The translations under genes were made by a program, and so were the position numbers. Positions 19,109-29,320 of a stretch of 64,000 nt of DNA are shown here, one piece after another (position 1 is the first letter of the stretch; the number at the start of each line of letters is the position of its first letter). Under the pieces are notes generated by a model, which searched no databases, was not told the origin of the DNA, and saw only the letters and a program-made list of their open reading frames with translations. This DNA comes from Acidobacteriota bacterium (GTDB lineage Bacteria > Acidobacteriota > UBA890 > WLXD01): positions 3,328,001 to 3,392,000 of the forward strand of contig CBDFKD010000002.1 in assembly GCA_965248695.1 (NCBI GenBank). Direction: 5' to 3'.

Positions 19109-20272
19109 ATGAGTGTCCCTGAACCCGATGTCTCTGTGCTCACGCCTGCGCTCGGCAAGGCGCGGTGGCGCGCCATGGTGGGGGCCGTCGACGTCTGTTT
19201 CGGCCTCGGTGAGCGTGCCCGGGTGCCGTCGCTGGTCAGCGAGCACCATGCACGCCGGCCGCTGATCATCACCGACCCCGGTGTGCGGGCGACCGGTGTC
19301 GTGGACGAGCTCAGCGCCGCATTGACGCGTCTCGGCTGTACCAGCGCGATCTTCGACGGCGTCCAGGAGAATCCGACCACGGAGTGCGTCGAGTCGGGGA
19401 CGGAGGCGGCCCGGAGCCACGACGTCGATCTGCTAGTCGGGTTCGGCGGCGGCAGCGCAATGGATACCGCCAAGGGCGTAAACTTCCTGTACACCAACGG
19501 TGGTTGTATGGAGGACTACGAGGGAACCGGAAAGGCGCACGCCGATATGCTGCCTTCGATTGGAGTACCGACCACGGCCGGGACGGGGAGTGAGGCGCAG
19601 TCGTACGCGCTGATCTCGCGAGCCGACGATCATCGGAAGATGGCGTGCGGCGACCCGGGAGCTCGATTTCTCAGCGCCGTGCTCGACCCCGAGATCACCG
19701 GCACGGTGCCGCGCGATGTGCGCGTGGCAACCGGAATCGATGCCATCTCGCATGCCCTGGAGAGTCTGGTCAGCGCCCCCGCCAACCCTATCTCGAGGCT
19801 CTACAGCCGAGAGGCCTGGCGCCTGCTCGCAAACAGCTTCGAGCCGGCGGTGACCACCTCGGACGACGTCGACGCACGCGGCCGAATGCTGCTCGGGGCA
19901 CATCTCGCCGGTGCGGCGATCGAGCGCTCGATGCTGGGAGCCGCGCACGCCTGCGCCAACCCGTTGACGGCGCGGTTCGACGTCACCCACGGCATCGCGG
20001 TCGGGGTCATCCTGCCGCACGTGGTGCGCTTCAACCTGGCCAGCGACGATGCCGCGGCCGAGTACGAGGGGCTCGAGGCGGCCGACCTGCCCGGACGTCT
20101 CACATCGATGCTCCGCGGCGGCGGCGTGGCGACCCGCCTGCGTGATCATGCCGTGCCCGAGGCGAGCCTCGGCGCGCTTGCCTCGGAGGCGGCCGAACAG
20201 TGGACCGCCAACTTCAACCCGCGTCCAGTCGACGCGACGGACCTTCTGGGCATCTATGAATCAGCCTACTGA
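19109..20272 (+). CDS. Iron-containing (type III) alcohol dehydrogenase
   Basis: GGGSAMDTAK, PTTAGTGSE, DAISHALES, H..HG metal ligands. Confidence 0.92.
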   Translation: MSVPEPDVSVLTPALGKARWRAMVGAVDVCFGLGERARVPSLVSEHHARRPLIITDPGVRATGVVDELSAALTRLGCTSAIFDGVQENPTTECVESGTEAARSHDVDLLVGFGGGSAMDTAKGVNFLYTNGGCMEDYEGTGKAHADMLPSIGVPTTAGTGSEAQSYALISRADDHRKMACGDPGARFLSAVLDPEITGTVPRDVRVATGIDAISHALESLVSAPANPISRLYSREAWRLLANSFEPAVTTSDDVDARGRMLLGAHLAGAAIERSMLGAAHACANPLTARFDVTHGIAVGVILPHVVRFNLASDDAAAEYEGLEAADLPGRLTSMLRGGGVATRLRDHAVPEASLGALASEAAEQWTANFNPRPVDATDLLGIYESAY

Positions 20273-21398
20273 GCCCCGGTTACCGCTTCCATCCTTGGTC
20301 CGTGGTGTCGCAATCGTGGTCTGTGGCGCCCTGGCCACCACCGGCATCGCCCGCGGTGGACCCGACGACAACGCCTGGCGGGTATTTCGCGGCAACGCCC
20401 AGCTCACCGGTACCGCCACGGTCGAGATTCCGGCGGCGCCCGAGCCTCGCTGGGTCTTCTCGGCCGCCGACAGCATCGAATCGAGCGCCGCGATCGCCGA
20501 CGGCCGGGTGTTCGTCGGCTCGCTCGACGGCCACCTGTACGCGCTGGACCTGGAGAGCGGTGCCGAGCTATGGCGATTCGACACCGGCATCGAGGTGAAA
20601 TCCTCGCCTTCCGTGTTCGGCGACACGGTCTACTTCGGTGACGAATCCGGCAAGTTCTATGCGCTCGACGTCTCCACCGGCAGTGAGCGATGGTCGTACC
20701 AGACCGGCGGTGGCATCGTCTCGGCGGCCAACTACGCGGAGGGGATGCTGATCTTCGGGTCCTACGACAACCATCTCTATGCCGTCGCCGCAGCAGACGG
20801 CAGCCTGGTGTGGCGCCTCGAGACCGGCGGTTATGTGAACGGCACTCCGGCCATTTTCGACGGCAAGGTGATCTCGGTAGGCTGTGACGGCGTATTGCGG
20901 CTCGTGGCGCTCGCCGACGGTGCCCTGCTCGGCACTGTCGAGATCGGAGCCTACGTGGCCGCCAGCCCCGCGATACACGATGGCGTGGCGTACTTCGGCA
21001 CCTACGAGAATCAGGTCTTGGCCGTCAGCCTGGCAGGCGAGCGCCGATGGGCCTATGAGCATCCGAAGCGAAAGTTCCCGTACTACTCCTCGGCCGCGGT
21101 GACCGACGAGGTCCTGGTGGTCGGCGGGCGCGACAAGATGGTGCACGGGATCGATCCCGCCAGCGGCGAGTCTCGCTGGACCCACACCAGCGGTGCCCGC
21201 GTCGACTCGTCGCCTGTCATCGTCGGTGATCGCGTCTTCGTCGGCGGTAGCTCCGGCGACCTGGTGGCCCTCGACGTGCGAACAGGAACAGTTCTGTGGC
21301 AATTTGAGACCGGGTCGTCGATCGTCGCATCGCCAAGCCTGGCCTCCGGGCGCCTCGTCATCGGGACAGAGGACGGCGACCTCTACTGCTTCGGTTGA
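20256..21398 (+). CDS. Exported PQQ-binding-like (BamB-like) beta-propeller protein
   Basis: Signal peptide, WRVFRGN, about 8 repeats of SSP....V.VG..DG.LYALD..SG...W.F. Confidence 0.88.
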   Translation: MNQPTEPRLPLPSLVRGVAIVVCGALATTGIARGGPDDNAWRVFRGNAQLTGTATVEIPAAPEPRWVFSAADSIESSAAIADGRVFVGSLDGHLYALDLESGAELWRFDTGIEVKSSPSVFGDTVYFGDESGKFYALDVSTGSERWSYQTGGGIVSAANYAEGMLIFGSYDNHLYAVAAADGSLVWRLETGGYVNGTPAIFDGKVISVGCDGVLRLVALADGALLGTVEIGAYVAASPAIHDGVAYFGTYENQVLAVSLAGERRWAYEHPKRKFPYYSSAAVTDEVLVVGGRDKMVHGIDPASGESRWTHTSGARVDSSPVIVGDRVFVGGSSGDLVALDVRTGTVLWQFETGSSIVASPSLASGRLVIGTEDGDLYCFG

Positions 21399-21403
21399 GA
21401 TCG

Positions 21404-22777
21404 ATGGACCAGGAATTACTGCCGGACGCCGATTCGTCGCCGGACTTCCGACCCGAGCCAGCTACGTCGCGCCAGCAACAGGAGGCGACCGACGTCGGCA
21501 GCGTATTCGTCTCGAACTATCCGCCGTTCTCGCAATGGACCGTTGAACAGCTGCCCGCTTACTGCCAGGCGCTGGAAACAGTCACAACCGATGCGGCCCC
21601 ACCGCTCGGCCTCTACCTGCATATCCCGTTTTGCCGCAAGCGCTGCAAGTTCTGCTATTTCCGTGTTTACACGGACAAGAACGCCGACGAGGTCGAGGTG
21701 TACTGCGATGCGCTCGCCCGCGAGATCGAGCGCTACGCGCAAGCGCCCGCGATCGCCGGCCGGCCACTGCGGTTCGTGTACTTCGGCGGCGGCACGCCCT
21801 CGTATATTGCCGCCAAGCACCTGCAGGCGTTGGTGGCTCGCGTGCGCACGGCGATGCCCTGGGACGCAGTCGACGAAATCACCTTCGAGTGCGAGCCCGG
21901 CACCCTGAGTCAGGGCAAGCTCGAAGCGATCCGCAAGCTCGGAATCACCCGGCTGAGCCTCGGGGTGGAGAACTTCAACGACGAGATCCTGCAGTTGAAC
22001 GGTCGCGCCCACGTCGGCAAGGAGATCGTTCGAGTCCTGCCATGGATTCATCAGCTGGCGTTCGATCAGCTCAACATCGACCTCATCGCGGGCATGATCG
22101 GCGAAACATGGGAAACGTGGCGCGACACCGTGCATCGGACGATCGACGCGCAGCCGGACTCGGTGACCATCTACCAGATGGAGCTGCCCTACAACACGCG
22201 CTTTTCGAAGCAGTTCCTGGACGGCACCCTGGAGGTCCCGCTGGCCGACTGGGCACTGAAGCGCGAGTGGCACGACTACGCTATCGAGAAGCTGCTAGCG
22301 GCAGGATTCGAGATCTCCAGCGCCTACACCATGGTCAGACCCGACAAGCGATGTGATTTCGTGTACCGTGACGCGCTCTGGCATGGGGCCGATATGCTCG
22401 GAACCGGCGTGTCCTCGTTCGGACACCTGAGTGGCGTCCACGTGCAGAACACTGCTAACTGGGCCAAGTACCTGGAGACGGTGAGCAACGAGGAGTTGCC
22501 GGTCGAGCGCGCCTTTGCAACCAGTGCCGACGACCGCCTGATCCGCGAGACCATCCTGCAGCTCAAGACAGGATCCCTTGCTGCAGCCTATTTCTCGGAC
22601 AAGTTCGACGTCGACGTTCTCGAGCGCTTCGCCGCGACCTGGGAGGTGCTCCAGTCGCGCGGCATGGCGGTGATCAACGACGACGGTGTGGCGTTGACGC
22701 GCCAGGGACTGTTGCAGGCGGACGGCCTGCTGCCGGAGTTTTACGCCGAACGCTATCGCGACGCTCGGTACACGTAA
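21404..22777 (+). CDS. HemN-like (class C) radical SAM enzyme
   Basis: LYLHIPFCRKRCKFCYF (CxxxCxxC), YFGGGTPS, TRLSLGVENF, NIDLIAG, HemN C-terminal domain. Confidence 0.9.
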   Translation: MDQELLPDADSSPDFRPEPATSRQQQEATDVGSVFVSNYPPFSQWTVEQLPAYCQALETVTTDAAPPLGLYLHIPFCRKRCKFCYFRVYTDKNADEVEVYCDALAREIERYAQAPAIAGRPLRFVYFGGGTPSYIAAKHLQALVARVRTAMPWDAVDEITFECEPGTLSQGKLEAIRKLGITRLSLGVENFNDEILQLNGRAHVGKEIVRVLPWIHQLAFDQLNIDLIAGMIGETWETWRDTVHRTIDAQPDSVTIYQMELPYNTRFSKQFLDGTLEVPLADWALKREWHDYAIEKLLAAGFEISSAYTMVRPDKRCDFVYRDALWHGADMLGTGVSSFGHLSGVHVQNTANWAKYLETVSNEELPVERAFATSADDRLIRETILQLKTGSLAAAYFSDKFDVDVLERFAATWEVLQSRGMAVINDDGVALTRQGLLQADGLLPEFYAERYRDARYT

Positions 22778-22780
22778 CCG

Positions 22781-24082
22781 ATGCAACGTCGCGCATCTGG
22801 CAGCGTCGCAGCACCTGCGATGGTCGTGCTCGTGGCGACCGTTCTGGCGCTCACCGGACCCGGCGTGCCGGCAGGGATCGATGCGGTCGAGCTGGCCGGC
22901 GACAGCGCCCAGTCTGCGAGCGCGACCCGCGATTGGCCGCAGCTAAGAGGCCCCAACGCCGACGGCATCTCGCCGCAGACCGGGCTGTTGACCCAATGGC
23001 CGCAATCGGGGCCGCGAGAGATCTGGCGCGTGCCTCTTGGCAAGGGATTCTCCGGCGTGTCCGTTGTCGGCGATCGCGCCGTCACCATGTTCGGTCGCGG
23101 GGGCACCTACCTGGGAGCCTTCGATACAGCAACCGGAGCCGAGCTCTGGCGGCTGCGCATCGACGAGATGTACCGCAACAGCTCCGGCGATGGCCCACGC
23201 TCCACTCCGACCATCGACGAGGGCCTCGCGTTCGTCATTAGCGGCCGCGGTATGCTCGCGGCGGTCGCGGTCGAGACCGGTGACACCGCCTGGCGGCACG
23301 ATCTACGGGGCGAGTACGGAGCCTCGGGGCCGAACTGGGGGTTCTCCACGTCGCCGCGTGTGTACGGTGATCTCCTCCTGGTGGAGGCCGGCGGGCGTGA
23401 TGCGGCGCTGGTGGCGTTCGACAAGCGCAGTGGCCGCGAAGTCTGGCGCGCCGCGGGAGACCAGCCGGGTTACTCGACGCCGCTGCTGGTGCGGATCGGC
23501 GGCCGCCAGCAGGCGGTTTTCTTCACCGGAAGCCGCATTGTCGGGGTGAATCCGACGAGCGGCGCCCTGCTGTGGGGTCTTCCCTGGGAAACGACGTTCG
23601 GCGTCAACGCCGCGACGCCGATCTTCGTACCTCCCGACAAGATTTTCGTCTCATCCGGCTACGGCGTCGGGGCAGCGCTGCTGCGCGTCACCGCGACCGC
23701 TCGAGGCGGCGTCGAAACCGTGTGGCGAACACGGGAGATGAAGAACCAGTTCAGTAGCTCGGTGCTGGTCGACGACTACATCTACGGATTCGACAACTCG
23801 ATCCTGGAGTGTATCGAGCTGACCCGGGGTGAGAGAATGTGGCGGGCTCGCGGCCACGGACAGGGCTCGTTGCTTTACGCAGACGGGCACCTGATCGTGC
23901 TCGGCGACCGTGGCTCTTTGACGCTCGTCAAACTCAGTCCCGGCGAGTACCTTCCCGTGGCGCAGACCCAGGTCTTCCGAAGCCGTACCTGGACCGCGCC
24001 AACGCTAGCAAACGGAGCTCTTTACCTACGTGACGAAGAGGAGCTCGTGGCCCTGGCGCTGACCGTACCGAACTCACCCTGA
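22781..24082 (+). CDS. Exported PQQ-binding-like beta-propeller protein
   Basis: DWPQLRGP, GPRSTP, GFSTSP, GYSTP, TWTAP..ANG.LYLRD. Confidence 0.88.
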   Translation: MQRRASGSVAAPAMVVLVATVLALTGPGVPAGIDAVELAGDSAQSASATRDWPQLRGPNADGISPQTGLLTQWPQSGPREIWRVPLGKGFSGVSVVGDRAVTMFGRGGTYLGAFDTATGAELWRLRIDEMYRNSSGDGPRSTPTIDEGLAFVISGRGMLAAVAVETGDTAWRHDLRGEYGASGPNWGFSTSPRVYGDLLLVEAGGRDAALVAFDKRSGREVWRAAGDQPGYSTPLLVRIGGRQQAVFFTGSRIVGVNPTSGALLWGLPWETTFGVNAATPIFVPPDKIFVSSGYGVGAALLRVTATARGGVETVWRTREMKNQFSSSVLVDDYIYGFDNSILECIELTRGERMWRARGHGQGSLLYADGHLIVLGDRGSLTLVKLSPGEYLPVAQTQVFRSRTWTAPTLANGALYLRDEEELVALALTVPNSP

Positions 24083-24160
24083 CCCGTAGCTCGATAGGAT
24101 GCTGCCGGGCGCCAGTAGCTGTCGCCGGCAAAGCAGATCCCCGACCCTGGATACTCGACC

Positions 24161-26287
24161 GTGCGAATACTCAGAACCACCCTCTGTTTGGCGCTGACCG
24201 TGGCACCGGCGACGGCCGCCGCACAGTCCGCATCTCAGGACGAGCCCGAGCAACAGCTGCCGCTGCGAGCAACGGAGTTCATCTTCGTCGAGGGGAGCTT
24301 GCCGCTGATACCGAGCGGCAACACGATCGCCTCGAAGCTGCCGTTGCCGTTGCAGCTCACCCCCAACAACGTCGGCATCGTCACGGCAGGGCTCTTCGAA
24401 CAGCAGCGCGCTCACGTGCTCGGCGACGCGTTGATCAACGTCAGCGGCCTGAACGTGCAGCCAGGCTTCGGCGGCGTGCACGACTTCTTCGTCGTACGTG
24501 GCTTCGATTCGATCAGCAGCAGCTTGATTCTCACCGACGGCGCCCCGGAGCCCGAGGCCACCTTCTACCAGCTCTACAACGTCGAGCTGGTAGAGGTCCT
24601 GAAGGGACCGGGAGGCTTTCTGTATGGCAGTAACCCGCTCGCCGGTACCGTCAACCTGGTGCGAAAACAGCCGTTCGCGACGCGCGGGCTTCGCGTAAGC
24701 ACCTCAGGCGGAAGCTTCTCCACGTTTGACGGCACGATCGACGCCAACCATGCGTCCGCCGACGGGCGGGTGGCGTTCCGGCTCAACGCGCTGGTGCGCG
24801 ACGCCGGCGGGTACCGTGACGGTCGCAGTGGCAACGCCGTGGCGCTCAACCCCGCGCTGACCTGGCAGATCGCCGACCGCCACTCCCTCAACGCCAACTT
24901 CGAGTACGCACGCGCAGACTTCAGCCCCGAGGCCGGCGTGCCGTTGCTGTTCAACGAGATTCCGCCCGTCCGCCGTGAGAACAACTACAACGCCGCCAGC
25001 GATCGATCCGAGCAGGACGTGTACCGCTTCCAGATCGACTACGAGGGGCACCTCAGCGACACCGTGCGAATTCGCAACAAGCTCTACTATCGCGGCCTTG
25101 ATTGGTTGTCAGACGGCACGCTGCTCATCGGCGCCTTCCCCGAGTTCGGTGCCGGATTCGTGCCCACCGGCCGCACGGTGGTAGCGCGATCACAGATCCA
25201 GCTCAACGATCGGCAGAAGATCCTGGGCAATCAGTTCGAGGCAATCTTCGATTTCGATACCGGCGCGGTGCGGCACAACCTGCTCGCCGGCATCGAAGCC
25301 TCGCGCCACACCGACGACTTCACCATCGACGCGTTCCTGCTGGGGTCCGTGGAGCTATTCAGTCCGGTGGAGCCGGGTGGACCGCCGTTCCCGCTCGGGA
25401 GCGTCGGCGCCGGAAACGCCCGCAGCTTCGTGGTCGCCCCCTACGTCATCGACCAGATCACTTTCGCCGATCGGCTACAGGTGCTCGCCGGAGCCCGCCT
25501 CGACAACATCGACTTCGACGATCAGCTGACCGGTCGCTCCCGCAACGACAGCAAGCTGTCGCCGATGTTCGGTGCGGCGTGGGCCGCCAGCGAGGACGTT
25601 TCGATCTATGGCAACTACTCGCGCTCGTTCGCACCGCCGTCGCCGCGGACGTTCGAGGATCTCGCTCCCGAGGAAGGCGAGCAGGTCGAGCTCGGGCTCA
25701 AGCTGCGCTTCCTCGACGGTCGAGCGCGAGCAACCGCCGCCGTCTACCGTCTGGTGCGCGACAACATCGCCATCCCGGATGACAACGGCTTCAGCCAGCA
25801 GATCGGCAACCAGCGCTCATCCGGCTTCGAGGTCGAGGTAGCCGCCGAGCCCGGTGCCGGCTTCCGGGGCGTAGTGTCGTACGCGTACAACGATGCCGAG
25901 CTCACCGAGTTCAGCGAGCGCGTCACCGGCTTCACACCGTTCGGCGTGCCGTTCGAACAGACGATCGACCGTTCGGGCAATCGGCCGGCGTTCGCTCCCG
26001 AGCACCTGCTCAACGTGTGGGTCAGCAAGACGCTTGTGTCGGGGCTCGGTGTGAGCCTCGGTGGCCGCTACATCGGCAATCAGTTCATCGCCGAGGACAA
26101 CGCCTTCAACATCGACAACGCCTTCATCGTTTCGGGCGCTCTGGCGTACGACTGGTCGCGCTACCGCATCAGCGTCAACGTGCAGAACCTGACCGATTCG
26201 GCCTATTTCGCCCGCGGTTTCGGGTCGCAATCGGTGACGCCAGCGAACCCCGTGGCTGCCACCCTGCGTCTCGGCTACGAGTTCTGA
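24161..26287 (+). CDS. TonB-dependent outer-membrane receptor
   Basis: Signal peptide; plug with VRGF and VEVLKGP..LYGS..AGTVNLV.K; C-terminal VQNLTD..Y...LGYEF. Confidence 0.92.
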   Translation: MRILRTTLCLALTVAPATAAAQSASQDEPEQQLPLRATEFIFVEGSLPLIPSGNTIASKLPLPLQLTPNNVGIVTAGLFEQQRAHVLGDALINVSGLNVQPGFGGVHDFFVVRGFDSISSSLILTDGAPEPEATFYQLYNVELVEVLKGPGGFLYGSNPLAGTVNLVRKQPFATRGLRVSTSGGSFSTFDGTIDANHASADGRVAFRLNALVRDAGGYRDGRSGNAVALNPALTWQIADRHSLNANFEYARADFSPEAGVPLLFNEIPPVRRENNYNAASDRSEQDVYRFQIDYEGHLSDTVRIRNKLYYRGLDWLSDGTLLIGAFPEFGAGFVPTGRTVVARSQIQLNDRQKILGNQFEAIFDFDTGAVRHNLLAGIEASRHTDDFTIDAFLLGSVELFSPVEPGGPPFPLGSVGAGNARSFVVAPYVIDQITFADRLQVLAGARLDNIDFDDQLTGRSRNDSKLSPMFGAAWAASEDVSIYGNYSRSFAPPSPRTFEDLAPEEGEQVELGLKLRFLDGRARATAAVYRLVRDNIAIPDDNGFSQQIGNQRSSGFEVEVAAEPGAGFRGVVSYAYNDAELTEFSERVTGFTPFGVPFEQTIDRSGNRPAFAPEHLLNVWVSKTLVSGLGVSLGGRYIGNQFIAEDNAFNIDNAFIVSGALAYDWSRYRISVNVQNLTDSAYFARGFGSQSVTPANPVAATLRLGYEF

Positions 26288-27561
26288 TGACGTCGGCGGC
26301 TGAAGCCTACGACGTCATCGTCGTGGGCGGCGGTCCAGCAGGGTCGGCGACCGCGACGATGACCGCAGATGGTGGGCGGCGAGTGCTGCTCCTGGAACGC
26401 GAGGAGTTTCCGCGTTTCCGCATCGGCGAGTCGCTCATGCCGGCGACCTACTGGACGCTCCAGCGCCTCGGCGTGCTGGAGCACATGAACGACAGTGTCT
26501 TCCCCCACAAGCACTCGGTTCAGTTCTTCTCCAAGAGCGGCCGTGCATCGGTGCCGTTCTACTTCTCGGAGACCGAGCCCGGACCGAGCGCCCAGACCTG
26601 GCAGGTGAATCGCGGGGAGTTCGACCTGATGCTGTTGAACAACGCCCGCGAGCACGGGGTCGAGGTGCACGAGCGCGCCCGCGTGACGGACATGCTGTTC
26701 GACGGAGAGCGCGCGTCCGGTGTCGAGGCGAGCTTCGCCGACGGATCTACTCGACGGCTGCAGGCCGGCGTTGTCGTCGACGCCACCGGCCAGTCCGCCA
26801 TGCTCGCCAAGCGACTCAACCTCCGACAGGAGGATCCCAACCTCAGGAACTGCTCGTTCTACACCCGGTATGAAGGCGGCTGGCGCGGGGAGGGAGTCGA
26901 CGAGGGGGCTACCCTGATCCTTTACACGGAGCAGCCGCGAACCTGGTTCTGGTACATCCCGTTGCCGGATGGGGTCGTGAGCGCCGGGGTCGTGGGCCCT
27001 ATCGATCGATTGGTGACGGGCCGCGCGCGGAACCCGCAGGTGGTCTATGACGAGGAGGCCGCAGGATGTCCGGCGCTGCTGGAGAAGATCGCCCAAGCCC
27101 GACAGCTGCATGAAGTGCGGGTCCTGAAGGACTTCTCATACGCCAGCAAACGCGTCGCCGGTGACGGCTGGGTGATGGTCGGCGACGCCTTCGGCTTTAT
27201 CGATCCGATCTATTCATCGGGCGTGTTCCTCGCCCTGAAGGGCGCCGAATACACCGCCGACTCGATACTCGATGCGTTCGATCACGGAGAGCTGTCGGCG
27301 ACCCGGCTGGGACAACACGGCGACGAGTTCCTCGCAGGCGTCGAGGCCATGCGCAAGCTGGTGTACGCCTACTACTCTGAGGAATTCAACTTCGCGAAGT
27401 TCCTGGGTAAGTATCCCGATCTCAAGGACGATCTGGTGAACCTGCTGATCGGCAACGTTTACAGAAAAAACGTCAGCCGGCTGCTAGAGTCGATGGAGGA
27501 ATTCTGCCCGTTACCGGCGTACGAGCCCTTCCGACTCCAGGAAACGACGGGCAAGCGCTAG
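26287..27561 (+). CDS. Flavin-dependent halogenase family protein
   Basis: GGGPAG, FPRFRIGES, candidate catalytic Lys in FPHK, WFWYIP (WxWxIP), GDAFGFIDPIYSSGV; TGATG coupling to the receptor. Confidence 0.87.
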   Translation: MTSAAEAYDVIVVGGGPAGSATATMTADGGRRVLLLEREEFPRFRIGESLMPATYWTLQRLGVLEHMNDSVFPHKHSVQFFSKSGRASVPFYFSETEPGPSAQTWQVNRGEFDLMLLNNAREHGVEVHERARVTDMLFDGERASGVEASFADGSTRRLQAGVVVDATGQSAMLAKRLNLRQEDPNLRNCSFYTRYEGGWRGEGVDEGATLILYTEQPRTWFWYIPLPDGVVSAGVVGPIDRLVTGRARNPQVVYDEEAAGCPALLEKIAQARQLHEVRVLKDFSYASKRVAGDGWVMVGDAFGFIDPIYSSGVFLALKGAEYTADSILDAFDHGELSATRLGQHGDEFLAGVEAMRKLVYAYYSEEFNFAKFLGKYPDLKDDLVNLLIGNVYRKNVSRLLESMEEFCPLPAYEPFRLQETTGKR

Positions 27562-27622
27562 CTGCCTGGGCGACCGAAGCCGATAAGCGCCAAGCCGCAG
27601 TCGACCGTCCGATGAGGTGCGT

Positions 27623-27844
27623 ATGAGTGGCAACCGTCTGAAGCTGTACGGCCTGCTGGCGCTGCTGTATGTCCTGCACACCGATTGGTGGCTGTGGAAC
27701 GACGCGCGGCTGTGGTTCGGGTTGCCGGTGGGGTTGCTGTACCACCTCGTGTACATGCTGGCGACGGCCGTGGTGATGTACATGCTCGTTACCCAGGCGT
27801 GGCCACGGCACCTGGAGCTCGATGACGCCGGAGATGACCGATGA
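27623..27844 (+). CDS. DUF3311-type small 2-TM membrane protein (symporter accessory subunit)
   Basis: LHTDWWLW...WFGLPVGLLYH; ATGA overlap with the symporter gene. Confidence 0.75.
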   Translation: MSGNRLKLYGLLALLYVLHTDWWLWNDARLWFGLPVGLLYHLVYMLATAVVMYMLVTQAWPRHLELDDAGDDR

Positions 27845-29310
27845 CGCTGGCGATCATCGCCGCCTACATGGTGGTCGTGCTGGCGATCGGCGCGTCCAGC
27901 AATCGGCTGTTCAAGCGCACCGGCGTCGACTACTTCCTCGCCACCCGTTCCATCGGCCCGTTCTTGCTGTTGATGTCGCTGTTCGGCACCAACATGACCG
28001 CGTTCGCGCTGCTGGGCGCATCGGGTGAGGCCTACCACGCCGGCATCGGGGTGTTCGGCTTCATGCCGGCGATCTCAGGACTGTTGATCCCGGCAATTTT
28101 CTTCTTCGTCGGCACGCGGGCGTGGGCGGTGGGGAAGCGCCACGGCTACGTGACGCAGGTGCAGTTTTTCCGCGACCGCTGGGGCTCGGATTCGCTCGGA
28201 CTGCTGCTGTTTGTGGTGCTGGTTGGCCTGGTGATCCCCTACCTGCTCATCGGCGTGATGGCCGGCGGGGTGACGCTCAACCAGGTGACCGGAGGCGAGG
28301 TGCCGGAATGGGTCGGCGGTCTGGTGATCTGCCTGGTCGTGTTGACCTACGTCACGTTCGGGGGATTGCGCGGCACCGCCTGGGTCAACACATTCCAGAC
28401 GATCGTCTTCATGGTGCTCGGCGCGGCCACCGTCTTCGTAGTGTTTCGCAACATGGGTGGCCTCGGAACGGTGATGGGCAGAATCGCGGCGGAGGCGCCG
28501 GAGCTCCTGGTACGGGAAGGCAATTTCTCGACGGTGCGCTGGCTGACGTACTCGCTCATTCCCCTGTCTCCGGCGATGTTCCCGCACATGTTCATGCACT
28601 GGCTGAGCGCCAGGCGGCTGGAGAACTTCCGCCTCACAGTGATGGTGTATCCGCTGTGCATCGCCGCTGTCTGGCTCCCCCCGGTCCTGCTCGGGATCGC
28701 CGGTCGGCTCGACTTTCCCGGGCTCGTCGGCGGCCAGTCCAACTCGATCCTGGTCCGCATGATCACTATGCACGCCCCCGGAGTCCTCGCCGGGCTGCTG
28801 GCAGCCGGGGTGTTCGCCGCCGTGATGTCGTCGCTCGACTCACAGGTGCTGTCGCTGGGAACCATGTTCACAGAGGACATCGTGCGCCACTACGGTCGGG
28901 CCGACGGCCTCACCGACCGGCAACAGATTCTCTCCGGACGGCTCTTCGTGGCGGGGATCCTGGCGTTCACCTACGCCCTGTTCCTGGTCTCGAACCGCAG
29001 CATCTTCGACCTCGCTACCTGGTCGTTCACCGGGTTCGCGGCGCTGGCCCCGATCGCCATCGGTGCGCTGTTCTGGCGCCGTAGCACCAAGGAGGGGGCC
29101 ACGGCCTGCGTCGGCACCGTGGTTGTCCTATGGAGCTATTTCTTCTACCAGGGGTGGGGTGACCGCACCTATACCGTCGGCGGCAGCGGCGTCATGGCGG
29201 TGGCGGTGATCCTGGCGGCATCAACCGTGGCGATGGTAGTCGTGTCGCTGCTGACGACCCCGCCGGATGACGAGCACGTCAACCGATTCATCGCTCCGCC
29301 AGCCGGCTAG
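27841..29310 (+). CDS. Sodium:solute symporter family protein
   Basis: About 13 TM helices; DYFLATRSIG, YVTFGGLRGTAW, AAVMSSLDSQ. Confidence 0.92.
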   Translation: MTLAIIAAYMVVVLAIGASSNRLFKRTGVDYFLATRSIGPFLLLMSLFGTNMTAFALLGASGEAYHAGIGVFGFMPAISGLLIPAIFFFVGTRAWAVGKRHGYVTQVQFFRDRWGSDSLGLLLFVVLVGLVIPYLLIGVMAGGVTLNQVTGGEVPEWVGGLVICLVVLTYVTFGGLRGTAWVNTFQTIVFMVLGAATVFVVFRNMGGLGTVMGRIAAEAPELLVREGNFSTVRWLTYSLIPLSPAMFPHMFMHWLSARRLENFRLTVMVYPLCIAAVWLPPVLLGIAGRLDFPGLVGGQSNSILVRMITMHAPGVLAGLLAAGVFAAVMSSLDSQVLSLGTMFTEDIVRHYGRADGLTDRQQILSGRLFVAGILAFTYALFLVSNRSIFDLATWSFTGFAALAPIAIGALFWRRSTKEGATACVGTVVVLWSYFFYQGWGDRTYTVGGSGVMAVAVILAASTVAMVVVSLLTTPPDDEHVNRFIAPPAG

Positions 29311-29320
29311 CCGACCCTGG

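Noticed and set aside
20256-24082. PQQ-dependent dehydrogenases or BamB
   Set aside because: Too short for quinoprotein ADH/GDH, no vicinal Cys-Cys motif, no pqq genes, and no lipobox or bam context.
24083-24160. Hairpin (TGCCGG..CCGGCA) before the TonB receptor as a riboswitch
   Set aside because: Only 78 bp, with no cobalamin, TPP or FMN consensus visible; GC-rich stems arise by chance.
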